Below the pieces are notes generated by a model. The model saw only the letters and a list, made by a program, of their open reading frames with translations. It had not been told where the DNA came from and ran no database searches. Of a DNA stretch of 64,000 bases, positions 11,601 through 21,368 are shown piece by piece. Every line of letters begins with the position of its first letter. The stretch's first letter is position 1. Origin of the DNA: Steroidobacteraceae bacterium (GTDB taxonomy: Bacteria > Pseudomonadota > Gammaproteobacteria > Steroidobacterales > Steroidobacteraceae). Position numbers and translations under genes: made by a program. The stretch covers positions 968 to 64,967 of the forward strand of contig DATJFM010000091.1 of the NCBI GenBank assembly GCA_035495655.1, written 5' to 3'.

Positions 11601-13658
11601 GTGCACCCGCTCAATCCCACCGTGCTGCTGGCCATCGCACTGCTGCCGCTCGTGGCTTCAGCAGTCGCGGGCCTCGGCGGGCGCCTCATCGGTCGCGCGG
11701 GTGCGCACACCATTACCTGTCTCGCGGTGGCCATCTCGTGCGCGCTGTCGCTGCTCGTGCTCAAGCAGATCTACCTCGATGGCGCGCCGCTCTACGACGG
11801 CGCGGTGTACACCTGGCTGGTGAGCGATGGCATGCATATGGAGGTCGGCTTCCTCGTCGACCGGCTGAGCGCGCTCATGATGGTGGTGGTGACCTTCGTG
11901 TCGTTGTGCGTGCACGTGTACACCATCGGCTACATGGCGGACGACCCGGGCTATACGCGCTTCTTCAGCTACATCTCGCTGTTCACCTTCTCGATGCTGA
12001 TGCTGGTGATGTCCAACAACTTCATGCAGCTGTTCTTCGGCTGGGAAGCGGTGGGCGTAGTCTCGTACCTGCTGATCGGCTTCTGGTATACCCGCCCGAG
12101 CGCGACCTTCGCGGCGCTCAAGGCGTTCATCGTCAACCGCATTGGCGATTTCGGCTTCGTGCTCGGCATCGCCGGCATCGCCTACTACACCGGCTCGCTG
12201 AGCTACAGCACCGCGTTCGCCGCCGCCCCGGGCATCGCGCACGCCGTGCTGCCGATGACCTCCAACTCCGGGGTCGCCGCGCTCACGCTCATCTGTATCT
12301 GCCTGTTCATCGGCGCCATGGGCAAGTCCGCGCAGGTCCCTCTGCACGTGTGGCTGCCGGACTCGATGGAAGGCCCGACGCCGATCTCGGCGCTGATACA
12401 CGCCGCCACCATGGTGACCGCAGGCATCTTCATGGTGGCGCGCATGTCGCCGCTGTTCGAGTACTCGGAGGCGGCGCTCTCGTTCGTCATGGTGATCGGA
12501 GCGATCACCGCGTTCTTCATGGGATTGCTCGGGGTGGTGAACAACGACATCAAGCGAGTAATCGCCTATTCGACGCTCTCGCAGCTCGGCTACATGACGG
12601 TCGCGCTCGGCGCCTCGGCCTACGGTGCGGCGATCTTCCACCTGATGACGCACGCCTTCTTCAAGGCGCTGCTGTTCCTCGCCGCGGGCTCGGTCATCAT
12701 CGCGCTCCACCACGAGCAGGATATGCGCCGCATGGGCGGACTGGCCAAGTACATGCCCATCACCGCGGTCACCTGCTGGATCGGCGCGCTCGCGCTCGTG
12801 GGCACGCCGTTCTTCGCCGGCTTCTATTCCAAAGACGCCATCATCGAGGCGCTGCACGAGTCGCATCGGTACGGCGCGGGCTTCGCTTACTGGTGCGTGC
12901 TGCTCGGTGTATTCGTCACTGCGCTCTACACCTTCCGGCTGCTCTTCATGACCTTCCATGGACCCGAGCGCTTCCGTGCCCCGGTGGTAGGCGCCGCAGC
13001 GGGCGCTCACGGCGGTGAGGCAGGCGAGGCAAGCGCCCACGGTCCGCACCAGGATGAGCACGCGCACGGCGATCCGCACGAGAGCCCGGCGGTGGTGACC
13101 GTGCCGCTCATCGCGCTCGCGATCCCCTCGGTGGTGATCGGCGCACTCACCGTGGTGCCGGTGCTGTTCGGCACCTATTGGGGCGGCTCGATCTTCGTAC
13201 TCGAGGTGAACGATGTGGTCGGTGAGCTGGCGCACGAGTTCGCCCAGCCGGCGTGGTTGTCCTTTGCGCTGCATGGGCTCATCTCGCCGCCGTTCTGGCT
13301 GGCGGTCGCCGGTGCGGTCACGGCGTACTTCTTCTTCCTGCGCAATCCCGAGTGGGCGGAGCAGGCTGAACAACGATTCGGCTGGCTCTATCGATTGCTC
13401 ACCGAGAAGTATTACTTCGATTGGGTCAATGAGCGGATCATCGCGCCGCTCACCCGCGGAATCGGCCTCGGCCTGTGGAAGGGCGGCGACGAGTTGCTGA
13501 TCGATGGCGCGATGGTGAACGGTACGGCGGAAGGGGTGAGCTGGGTAGGGGGATTGTTGCGGCACGTACAGACCGGGTACCTCTACTCGTACGCCTTCTG
13601 GATGATGATCGGCCTCGCCCTGCTGCTCGGCTGGTTCCTGCTGCACTTCCACTACTGA
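11601..13658 (+). CDS. nuoL: NADH-quinone oxidoreductase subunit L
   Basis: In ORF 11391..13658. GTG 11601 lies 6 nt after the nuoK stop. ..FFGWEAVGVVSYLLIGFW..GKSAQVPLHVWLPDSMEGPTPISALIHAATMVTAG.. antiporter-like signature. Confidence 0.96.
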   Translation: MHPLNPTVLLAIALLPLVASAVAGLGGRLIGRAGAHTITCLAVAISCALSLLVLKQIYLDGAPLYDGAVYTWLVSDGMHMEVGFLVDRLSALMMVVVTFVSLCVHVYTIGYMADDPGYTRFFSYISLFTFSMLMLVMSNNFMQLFFGWEAVGVVSYLLIGFWYTRPSATFAALKAFIVNRIGDFGFVLGIAGIAYYTGSLSYSTAFAAAPGIAHAVLPMTSNSGVAALTLICICLFIGAMGKSAQVPLHVWLPDSMEGPTPISALIHAATMVTAGIFMVARMSPLFEYSEAALSFVMVIGAITAFFMGLLGVVNNDIKRVIAYSTLSQLGYMTVALGASAYGAAIFHLMTHAFFKALLFLAAGSVIIALHHEQDMRRMGGLAKYMPITAVTCWIGALALVGTPFFAGFYSKDAIIEALHESHRYGAGFAYWCVLLGVFVTALYTFRLLFMTFHGPERFRAPVVGAAAGAHGGEAGEASAHGPHQDEHAHGDPHESPAVVTVPLIALAIPSVVIGALTVVPVLFGTYWGGSIFVLEVNDVVGELAHEFAQPAWLSFALHGLISPPFWLAVAGAVTAYFFFLRNPEWAEQAEQRFGWLYRLLTEKYYFDWVNERIIAPLTRGIGLGLWKGGDELLIDGAMVNGTAEGVSWVGGLLRHVQTGYLYSYAFWMMIGLALLLGWFLLHFHY

Positions 13659-13675
13659 CGGCCACCGGCTTCGCA

Positions 13676-15181
13676 ATGCACGCGCTGTTGTCCCTGCTCA
13701 TCTGGCTGCCCATCGGAGCAGGCGTGCTCGTACTGCTGCTCGGCGAGCGCAACATCGTCATCGGCCGCTGGGTGGCGCTCGCCGCCTCGCTCGGGACACT
13801 CGCGCTCACGGTGCCCCTGTGGACGCACTTCGACACCAGCAGCGCCGCGCTGCAGTTTGCCGAGTCGCTGAAGTGGATCCCGCGTTTCCAGGCGTACTAC
13901 GCACTCGGAGTCGATGGCATTTCGCTCCCACTCATCGTGCTCACCGCGTTCATGACCGTGCCGGTGGTGATCGCCGGCTGGACCGTGATCACGACGCGCC
14001 CGGCACAGTACTACGCGGCGTTCCTCATCATGGAAGGGCTGATGATCGGGGTCTTTGGCGCGACCGATGCGCTGCTGTTCTTTTTCTTCTGGGAAGCGAT
14101 GCTGATCCCGATGTTCCTCATCATCGGCATCTGGGGCGGGCCGCGCCGTGTCTACGCCACCATCAAGTTCTTCCTCTACACCTTCCTCGGCTCAGTGTTC
14201 ATGCTGGCCGCGCTGATCTACCTGTACGTCAAGAGCGGTAATTACGCGATCGCGAGCTTCCAGGCCATGCCGCTGTCGCTGATCGAGCAGCGCTGGATCT
14301 TCGTGGCATTCCTGCTCGCCTTCGCGGTCAAGGTGCCGATGTGGCCGGTACATACCTGGCTTCCGGATGCGCACGTCGAGGCGCCGACCGGCGGTTCGGT
14401 GATCCTCGCGGCCATCATGCTGAAGATGGGCGGCTACGGGTTCCTGCGCTTCTCCTTGCCGGTGGCGCCCGATGCCAGCCGCGAGCTCGATCTGCTGGTG
14501 ATCACGCTCTCGCTGATCGCGGTCATCTACATCGGCTATGTGGCTCTCGTGCAGCCGGACATGAAAAAGCTCATCGCCTACTCCTCGATCTCGCACATGG
14601 GCTTCGTGACGCTCGGTGCATTCGTGATGTACGAGATCGTGCGCAACACCGGCAGCCTGCAGGGGGCGGGGATGGGGGTCGATGGCGCCATGGTGCAGAT
14701 GGTGTCGCACGGACTCATCTCCGGCGCGCTGTTCCTGTGCGTCGGCGTGCTCTACGACCGCCTGCACAGCCGCCAGATCGCCGACTACGGCGGCGTAGTG
14801 AACACCATGCCGGCATTCGCGGCTTTCATGGTGCTGTTCGCGCTCGCCAACACCGGACTTCCGGGCACCTCCGGGTTCGTGGGCGAGTTCCTGGTGATCC
14901 TCGCCAGCTTCCGTGCCAGCTTCTGGTATTCGGCGCTCGCGGCGGTGACGCTGATCCTGAGTTCCTGCTACACGCTGTGGATGGTGAAGCGCGTGGTTTT
15001 CGGTCCAGTGGTGAGCCCGCGGGTGGCGGCGCTCAAGGACTTGAACGGTCGCGAGTTCATCGTGCTCGGGGCACTCGCCGCGGCCGTATTGATAGTGGGG
15101 GTGTGGCCGGCGCCGCTGCTGAAGGTGATGCAACCGACGGTTCACCACCTGCTGAGTCAGGCCGTGGCTACCAAGCTGTAG
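13676..15181 (+). CDS. nuoM: NADH-quinone oxidoreductase subunit M
   Basis: In ORF 13475..15181, start MHALLSLLIWLP. ..FFFWEAMLIPMFLIIGIWGG..VKVPMWPVHTWLPDAHVEAPTGGSVILAAIMLKMG.. Confidence 0.96.
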   Translation: MHALLSLLIWLPIGAGVLVLLLGERNIVIGRWVALAASLGTLALTVPLWTHFDTSSAALQFAESLKWIPRFQAYYALGVDGISLPLIVLTAFMTVPVVIAGWTVITTRPAQYYAAFLIMEGLMIGVFGATDALLFFFFWEAMLIPMFLIIGIWGGPRRVYATIKFFLYTFLGSVFMLAALIYLYVKSGNYAIASFQAMPLSLIEQRWIFVAFLLAFAVKVPMWPVHTWLPDAHVEAPTGGSVILAAIMLKMGGYGFLRFSLPVAPDASRELDLLVITLSLIAVIYIGYVALVQPDMKKLIAYSSISHMGFVTLGAFVMYEIVRNTGSLQGAGMGVDGAMVQMVSHGLISGALFLCVGVLYDRLHSRQIADYGGVVNTMPAFAAFMVLFALANTGLPGTSGFVGEFLVILASFRASFWYSALAAVTLILSSCYTLWMVKRVVFGPVVSPRVAALKDLNGREFIVLGALAAAVLIVGVWPAPLLKVMQPTVHHLLSQAVATKL

Positions 15182-15225
15182 GGCGCACCAGGGTGAGCAC
15201 ATCGAGTGACTGACACTACCTGACT

Positions 15226-16671
15226 ATGGATCAAGGCTTTCTCAACGCCGTAAGCTTCGCGCCCGCAGTGCCGGAGATCTGGCTCGTCTGCGCGATCTGC
15301 GTACTGCTGCTGGTCGAGGTGTTCGGCGGCGCCAAGCGGCCGGGACTCATTCCCACGCTCACCCTGCTGGCACTCGCGGTCGGCGCAGCACTCACCGTGA
15401 GCTACGCTCAGGTGTCGCATCGCGTACTGCTGTTCGATGGCACCTATGTGGCCGACGAGCTCGCCGTCGTGCTCAAGCTCGCGGGCTTCCTGTTCGTCGC
15501 GGTGACACTGCTCTATTCGCGTACCTACCTCGAGTACCGCAATATCCAGCGCGGCGAGTACTACGTGCTCACCCTCACCGCACTGCTTGGCATCTTCGTG
15601 CTGGTGTCCGCTAACAACCTCGTGACCGTGTACCTCGGCGTGGAGCTGCTCGCGCTCTCGGTGTACGCCATGGTGGCCTTCGACCGCGACTCGGGGGTGA
15701 GCGCCGAGTCGGCCATGAAGTACTTCGTGCTCGCCGCCATCGCTTCGGGCGCGCTGCTCTATGGCATGTCGCTCATCTACGGGCTCACCGGCACGCTCGA
15801 TCTCGGGCAGATCGCCACGCGACTGCAGCCGCCGCTCAACCCCGGCGTCGTGCTCGGGCTCACCTTCATCGTCGTGGCGGTCGCCTTCAAGCTCGGCGCC
15901 GTTCCCTTTCACATGTGGCTGCCCGATGTATACGAGGGCGCGCCCACCAGCGTGACGCTGTTCATCGGCACGGCGCCGAAGATCGCTTACTTCGCTCTCG
16001 CGCTGCGCCTCCTGGCGCAGGGACTCGCCGGCACCGCAACCGAGTGGACGCAGATGCTAGCCGCGCTCGCGGTGCTGACGCTCATCGTCGGCAACGTGCT
16101 CGCGCTGGTGCAGAGCAACCTGAAACGCATGCTGGCGTATTCAACCATCGGCAACGTCGGCTTCATCCTGCTCGGATTCGTCGCGGGCACGGCTGATGGT
16201 TACGCCGCGGCCCTCTACTACACGCTCCAGTACGTGCTGGTGGTGCTCGGCTCCTTCGGCGTCATCCTGCTGGCGGGCGCCAAGGGCTTCGAAGCGGACC
16301 GCCTCGATGACTACAAGGGCCTGCAGCAGCGCGATCCGCTGCTCGCCGCGGCCATGATGGTGCTGATGTTCTCGACCGCAGGCGTGCCGCCATTCATTGG
16401 CTTCTGGGCGAAGCTGCGCATCATCCAGGCGCTATGGGAGACCAACCACCTGTGGCTGGTGGTGGTCGCGATCATCATGTCGGTGGTGGGCGCGTACTAT
16501 TACCTGCGGGTCATCAAGCTGATGTATTTCGATGAGCCCGCCGGCACGCAACCCGCGTCCGCGCGCGAGCTTGGTGTGCGTTTCACCCTCGGGGTGAACG
16601 CCCTGGCAGTGTTGGTTCTGGGACTGCTCCCCGGCCCGCTGCTCGACCTGTGCGCGCGGCTGATCCACTGA
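15226..16671 (+). CDS. nuoN: NADH-quinone oxidoreductase subunit N
   Basis: 481 aa; ..FKLGAVPFHMWLPDVYEGAPTSVTLFIGTAPK..; last gene of the nuoA-N series. Confidence 0.96.
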   Translation: MDQGFLNAVSFAPAVPEIWLVCAICVLLLVEVFGGAKRPGLIPTLTLLALAVGAALTVSYAQVSHRVLLFDGTYVADELAVVLKLAGFLFVAVTLLYSRTYLEYRNIQRGEYYVLTLTALLGIFVLVSANNLVTVYLGVELLALSVYAMVAFDRDSGVSAESAMKYFVLAAIASGALLYGMSLIYGLTGTLDLGQIATRLQPPLNPGVVLGLTFIVVAVAFKLGAVPFHMWLPDVYEGAPTSVTLFIGTAPKIAYFALALRLLAQGLAGTATEWTQMLAALAVLTLIVGNVLALVQSNLKRMLAYSTIGNVGFILLGFVAGTADGYAAALYYTLQYVLVVLGSFGVILLAGAKGFEADRLDDYKGLQQRDPLLAAAMMVLMFSTAGVPPFIGFWAKLRIIQALWETNHLWLVVVAIIMSVVGAYYYLRVIKLMYFDEPAGTQPASARELGVRFTLGVNALAVLVLGLLPGPLLDLCARLIH

Positions 16672-16688
16672 TCCGGAGAATGTTTGCG

Positions 16689-17771
16689 ATGCGACCTGCA
16701 ACATCCCGGGCGCCGCTGTGCGCCCTGGCGGGCGCTGGTGCGCTCTGGCTCGCGGCAATCGGCGCACAGGCGCAGGTGGCCCCGCAGTACCGCATCGCCC
16801 ACGAGGTGAGCCTGCCGGGCGATGGCGGCTGGGACGATCTGACTTTCGATGACGGAGAGCATCGGCTCTTCATTGCGCATGGCAGTGAGGTGCAGGTGGT
16901 CGACGCCGACAAACTGACGCTCGCCGGTGCCATTGCCGATACGCCCGGGGTGCACGGTATCGCGCTCGCCGGCGATGTGGGGCACGGCTACGTGAGTGCC
17001 GGCCGTAGCGGCACCATCGTGGTGTTCGATCTGAAGTCGCTCGCGCGGCTGAAGGAGATCAAGACCACCGGCGACAACCCGGACGCCATCCTCTACGACT
17101 CTGCGACCCACCGGGTCTTCAGCTTCAACGGGCGCGGGCGCAACGTAACGGCGGTCGATGCGAAGACCGATGAGGTCATCGGCACGATCGCTCTCGATGC
17201 CAAGCCGGAATTCGCGGTAAGCGATGGCAAGGGCACGCTCTACGTGAACCTTGAGGACAAAAGCAGTATCGCGCAGATCGATGCACAGCATCTGAAGGTG
17301 GGTGCGGTCTGGCCGATCGACGGCTGCGAGGAGCCCTCGGGGCTCGCAATCGACCTGTCCGGGCAGCGCCTGTTCGCCGGGTGCAGCAACAAGGTCATGG
17401 CGGTTCTGGACATACGCTCCGGCCGGACGCTCGGTACGGCGCCGATTGGCGCAGGTGTCGATGGTGCGAAGTACGACTCGGGCACGCATCAGGCCTTTGC
17501 CTCCTGCGGCGAAGGAGTGCTGTCGGTGATCGGGACCGGTGCCGATGGAAAGCCCAAAGTCGCGCAATCGCTGCCGACGCAACGGGGCGCACGCACTATG
17601 GCGCTCGATGAGCACGCGCATCGCCTGTTTCTCGTCACCGCGCGCCTGGGTCCGCCACCGGCTGCGACAGCCGACAATCCCCATCCCAGGCCGGCGATCC
17701 TGCCAGGCACTTTTCGCCTGTTGGTCGTCGAGCCCGTTAAGCCCACAACCGCATCCGGAACTCATCCATGA
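16689..17771 (+). CDS. exported YncE-like / YVTN-repeat beta-propeller protein
   Basis: ORF 16650..17771. ATG 16689 lies 9 nt after GGAGA (alternative start 16680). Signal peptide MRPATSRAPLCALAGAGALWLAAIGAQAQ, then repeated ~40-aa units (..GVHGIAL..GYVS..TIVVFD.., ..NPDAILYD..RVFSFN.., ..PEFAVSDGKGTLYVNL.., ..PSGLAIDLSGQRLFAGC..). Confidence 0.75.
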   Translation: MRPATSRAPLCALAGAGALWLAAIGAQAQVAPQYRIAHEVSLPGDGGWDDLTFDDGEHRLFIAHGSEVQVVDADKLTLAGAIADTPGVHGIALAGDVGHGYVSAGRSGTIVVFDLKSLARLKEIKTTGDNPDAILYDSATHRVFSFNGRGRNVTAVDAKTDEVIGTIALDAKPEFAVSDGKGTLYVNLEDKSSIAQIDAQHLKVGAVWPIDGCEEPSGLAIDLSGQRLFAGCSNKVMAVLDIRSGRTLGTAPIGAGVDGAKYDSGTHQAFASCGEGVLSVIGTGADGKPKVAQSLPTQRGARTMALDEHAHRLFLVTARLGPPPAATADNPHPRPAILPGTFRLLVVEPVKPTTASGTHP

Positions 17772-19288
17772 GCCTACGAAATTCTCTCGCCCTCGCGGCG
17801 CTGCTGACTGTACTCAGCGCCGGTGGCGCGACGTACGCGGCGGCGCAGAGCCCGACGAGCGCGACCGGCGCCAGCCCGAGCAGCGCCAGCCCGAGCAGCG
17901 CCAGCCCGAGCGGCAGCGCGCCGGCGAGTCCGGGCGATGCGGCCTCCAAGGCACTGGCGCACGATATCTTCAAGCAGCTCATCGAGATAAACACCACCGA
18001 CTCCGTTGGCAGTGTGACTGCGGCGGCACAAGCCATGGCAGAGCGTTTCCGCGCCGCCGGTTTTCCTGCGGACGATGTATTCGTCGGCGGTCCCCAGGAG
18101 CGAAAGAAGAATCTGGTCGTGCGCCTGCACGGTACCGGCAAGCGCAAGCCGATTCTGCTCATCGGGCACCTCGATGTGGTGGAGGCCCGGCGCGAGGACT
18201 GGACCACCGATCCCTTCCAGTTCGTGGAGAAGGACGGCTATTTCTACGGACGCGGTACGCAGGACATGAAGGACGGCGATGCCATCATGGCGGCGACGCT
18301 GCTGCGCATGAAGAAGGAGGGCTATCGCCCGAGCCGTGACCTCATCCTCGCCCTCACCGCGGACGAGGAGAGCGGCTGCTGCAACGGGCCCGACTGGCTG
18401 CTGAAGAATCATCGCGCGCTCATCGACGCCGAGTTTGTGCTCAACCACGACGGCAACTCGATCGACTCAGAGAAAGGCGTGCCGAAGGTATTCAATCTCG
18501 GCGCCACCGAGAAGGTGTACGGGGACTACCAGCTCGTCGCGACCAATCGCGGCGGTCACAGCTCCCTTCCACGACCCGACAACGCCATTTACGAGCTCGC
18601 GCAGGGACTGTTGAAGGTGAGTCAGTATCAGTTCCCTTTCGAGCTCAATAACGTCACGCGTACCTACTTCGAGCGGATGGCTGCCTTGTCGAGCGGCATC
18701 ACCGCCGCGGACATGCGCGCGATCGTCGCCACGCCGCCCAACCCGCAGGCAATCGAGCGGCTCTCGCGTGAGCCGACCTACGGATCGGTGATGCGCACGA
18801 CCTGCGTCGCGACGCGGCTCGAGGGTGGACACGCCAACAATGCGTTGCCGCAGCGTGCAACTGCTGTGGTGAATTGCCGCATCCTGCCGGGGCACTCGCC
18901 GGAGGACGTGCGCCAGACACTGGTACACGTCTTGAACGATCCGCAGATTGCGGTGCGCTTCATCGGCAATCACGGCGAGGTGTCCGACACGGCTCCCGAC
19001 CGCCGAGGCTATCCTCCCGCACCGCTCGTCCCCGAGGTGCAGAAGCCACTCGACAGTCTGGTCGCGTCCATGTGGCCGGGTTTGAAAGTCATACCGTACA
19101 TGAGCGCGGGCGCTTCGGATGGCGTCTATACCAGTGCTGCGGGGCTACCCACCTACATGGTTGCCGGCATCGCAATCGATCGCGATGATGTGCGGGCGCA
19201 CGGTCGCGACGAGCGCCTCAGGGTCGCCTCGTTCTACGCCGGGAACGAGTTTTTCTACCGCTACCTGAAGGCTATTACTGCCGATTAG
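17768..19288 (+). CDS. secreted M20/M25/M40-family metallopeptidase (carboxypeptidase-like)
   Basis: 506 aa; signal peptide, Ser/Pro/Ala linker, then ..LLIGHLDVVEA..FYGRGTQDMKDG..LTADEESG.. metal-ligand motifs. The ATG overlaps the upstream stop (ATGA). Confidence 0.85.
   Translation: MSLRNSLALAALLTVLSAGGATYAAAQSPTSATGASPSSASPSSASPSGSAPASPGDAASKALAHDIFKQLIEINTTDSVGSVTAAAQAMAERFRAAGFPADDVFVGGPQERKKNLVVRLHGTGKRKPILLIGHLDVVEARREDWTTDPFQFVEKDGYFYGRGTQDMKDGDAIMAATLLRMKKEGYRPSRDLILALTADEESGCCNGPDWLLKNHRALIDAEFVLNHDGNSIDSEKGVPKVFNLGATEKVYGDYQLVATNRGGHSSLPRPDNAIYELAQGLLKVSQYQFPFELNNVTRTYFERMAALSSGITAADMRAIVATPPNPQAIERLSREPTYGSVMRTTCVATRLEGGHANNALPQRATAVVNCRILPGHSPEDVRQTLVHVLNDPQIAVRFIGNHGEVSDTAPDRRGYPPAPLVPEVQKPLDSLVASMWPGLKVIPYMSAGASDGVYTSAAGLPTYMVAGIAIDRDDVRAHGRDERLRVASFYAGNEFFYRYLKAITAD
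17870..17914 (+). repeat. three tandem 15-bp units (GCCAGCCCGAGCAGC x2 plus one variant) encoding ASPSS-ASPSS-ASPSG in the peptidase linker
   Basis: Read directly from the sequence; in frame, inside the M20 peptidase N-terminal linker. Confidence 0.8.
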
Positions 19289-19348
19289 CTCCCGGGCGGC
19301 TCCGCGTGCGCTGCCGAGCGCCCGGCCCCTGGGCAGCAGACACTCTGC

Positions 19349-19858
19349 CTAGGACATGCGCCGGGATATTGCGATGGCGGCAATCGCGACGATGGCGATG
19401 TTGAGCATCCACCAGAAGAGCTGCTTGTGACTGCTGCGGATCAAGTTGGCGGTGCCTGAGCCTGCCGGGCCCGAGCCAGCCCCCGCCGACGCCGCCAATC
19501 GCCCGCTCAGTACTTCGTGGATACCATCGTGCCCGACGGTGACCTCGATGGTCTTGCCGGCGTCCTGCGCCGTTACAGGCCGCGGAACGATCCAGCTGCC
19601 ATCGGGATTTGCGGTCGCTGGCTCGCTCTTGTTATCGATCGTCACCGTAAGGTCGTTCACGACGAGCGGCGCTTGGCCCGAGGCGCGCCGTACCCGCAGT
19701 GCGAGCCCGCCTGCGCGTGGAGCAGCCTCTACCGTCAGGAGTGCGGAGTGTGCTAGCGGCGCGAGCGCAGGCGCCGCGGGTTGTGCCAGAGCCGCAGCCA
19801 GGGCGCACGAACTCAGGACGACGGAGAGGAAAGCACGCGCGATCGACACCGCCGTCAT
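19349..19858 (-). CDS. hypothetical exported protein with a C-terminal membrane anchor
   Basis: ORF 19349..19984(-) trimmed to [26 protein letters not shown] (signal peptide). Beta-rich middle; Gly/Ser/Ala linker; C-terminal ..[25 protein letters not shown] helix. No family recognised. Confidence 0.5.
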   Translation of the reverse strand: MTAVSIARAFLSVVLSSCALAAALAQPAAPALAPLAHSALLTVEAAPRAGGLALRVRRASGQAPLVVNDLTVTIDNKSEPATANPDGSWIVPRPVTAQDAGKTIEVTVGHDGIHEVLSGRLAASAGAGSGPAGSGTANLIRSSHKQLFWWMLNIAIVAIAAIAISRRMS

Positions 19859-19955
19859 GTTAGCAGGTCTCCCGGCCGACACCGCGGATGAGCAGGACGA
19901 GCGCAGCTCGGCAGGGACGCTATATAGTGCGGTATCGAACGGGAGTGCCCGCACC

Positions 19956-21368
19956 ATGGACCGCGCCGTCGAGCCGAACCTCACCCTCGCACCGCGCTAT
20001 CAAAGCGGTTTCGGCAATCACTTCGTCACCGAGGCAGTGGCCGGTGCGCTGCCGCAGGGCCGCAACTCGCCTCAGCGGCCGGCTTATGGACTGTACGCAG
20101 AGCAATTCTCCGGCACGGCCTTCACCGCGCCGCGACACGCGAACCGACGCAGCTGGCTGTACCGTATCCGACCGGCAGCGGTGCACGGAAGCTTCGAGCG
20201 CATCGACGACGGGCAGATCACCAGCGACTTCATGCAGTGCGACCCTTCACCAGAACGGCTGCGTTGGTCAGCGCCGCCGCTGCCGCGCACGCCGACTGAC
20301 TTCCTCGCCGGGCTCGCGACGCTCGGCGGTAACGGCTCACCCGATGCGCATACGGGATGCGGCATCTACTGGTACACGGCGAACCGTTCCATGCAGGACC
20401 GCTTCTTCTACGACGCCGACGGTGAGTTGCTCATCGTGCCGCAGCAGGGCGGCCTGCGGCTCGCCACCGAGCTCGGGGTCCTCGAGGTGCAGCCGCTCGA
20501 GATCGCGGTGATCCCACGGGGGCTGCGTTTCCGGGTCGAATTGCAGGACGGCGCGGCGCGCGGCTATGTGTGCGAGAACTTCGGTGCGCCGTTGCGGCTG
20601 CCCGACCTCGGTCCCATCGGCTCGAACGGACTGGCGAATCCGCGCGACTTTCAAACACCCGTGGCCTGCTACGAGGATCGTACGGGGGACTTCGAGCTGG
20701 TGGCGAAATTCGCCGGCCACTTGTGGGCGACGCGCATCGATCACTCTCCGCTCGATGTCGTCGCCTGGCACGGCAACAACGCGCCCTATCGCTATGACCT
20801 GCGGCGATTCAACACCATCGGCTCGATCAGCTACGATCATCCCGACCCTTCGATATTTCTGGTGTTGCAGTCGATCAGCGATACCCCAGGTGTCGATGCG
20901 CTCGATTTCGTGATTTTTCCGCCGCGCTGGCTGGCGATGGAGAGCACGTTCCGCCCGCCCTGGTTCCACCGCAACATCGCGAGCGAGTTCATGGGCCTGA
21001 TCGAGGGCGTGTATGACGCCAAAGCGACCGGGTTCGTGCCCGGCGGGGCGTCGCTCCACAACTGCATGAGCGGTCACGGACCCGATGACGCCACCTGGAA
21101 GAAGGCGAGCCGCGCCGACACTACCAAACCGGTAGCGGTGACCGACACCATGGCCTTCATGTTCGAGACGCGCGCCATCATACGGCCGACGCGCTATGCG
21201 CTCGAGACAAAGCTCCTGCAGCGCGACTATTGGCGGGTGTGGCAGGACCTGCAGGGGCACTTCAGGCCGCCCACGCCGCACTCTCAGCGCAGCGCGCCTC
21301 AACCAGAGCCCTCGCGCGGTGCGCGCGCCGCCACGAAGCCGCCCGCGCGCAAGCGATCGCGCCGGTGA
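19956..21368 (+). CDS. hmgA: homogentisate 1,2-dioxygenase
   Basis: In ORF 19446..21368, start [60 protein letters not shown].. (classic HGO N-terminus); ..[29 protein letters not shown].. Confidence 0.93.
   Translation: MDRAVEPNLTLAPRYQSGFGNHFVTEAVAGALPQGRNSPQRPAYGLYAEQFSGTAFTAPRHANRRSWLYRIRPAAVHGSFERIDDGQITSDFMQCDPSPERLRWSAPPLPRTPTDFLAGLATLGGNGSPDAHTGCGIYWYTANRSMQDRFFYDADGELLIVPQQGGLRLATELGVLEVQPLEIAVIPRGLRFRVELQDGAARGYVCENFGAPLRLPDLGPIGSNGLANPRDFQTPVACYEDRTGDFELVAKFAGHLWATRIDHSPLDVVAWHGNNAPYRYDLRRFNTIGSISYDHPDPSIFLVLQSISDTPGVDALDFVIFPPRWLAMESTFRPPWFHRNIASEFMGLIEGVYDAKATGFVPGGASLHNCMSGHGPDDATWKKASRADTTKPVAVTDTMAFMFETRAIIRPTRYALETKLLQRDYWRVWQDLQGHFRPPTPHSQRSAPQPEPSRGARAATKPPARKRSRR

Noticed and set aside
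16500-17765. 421-aa minus-strand ORF opposite the YncE-like gene
   Set aside because: The plus-strand product has a signal peptide, periodic propeller repeats and operon-consistent start/stop overlaps. The minus-strand product has none of these.
21230-21364. Upstream extension of the fahA ORF ([15 protein letters not shown]...)
   Set aside because: It overlaps the hmgA coding frame. FAH N-terminal conservation begins about 10 aa before RSWVESAN, which fits the GTG at 21365.
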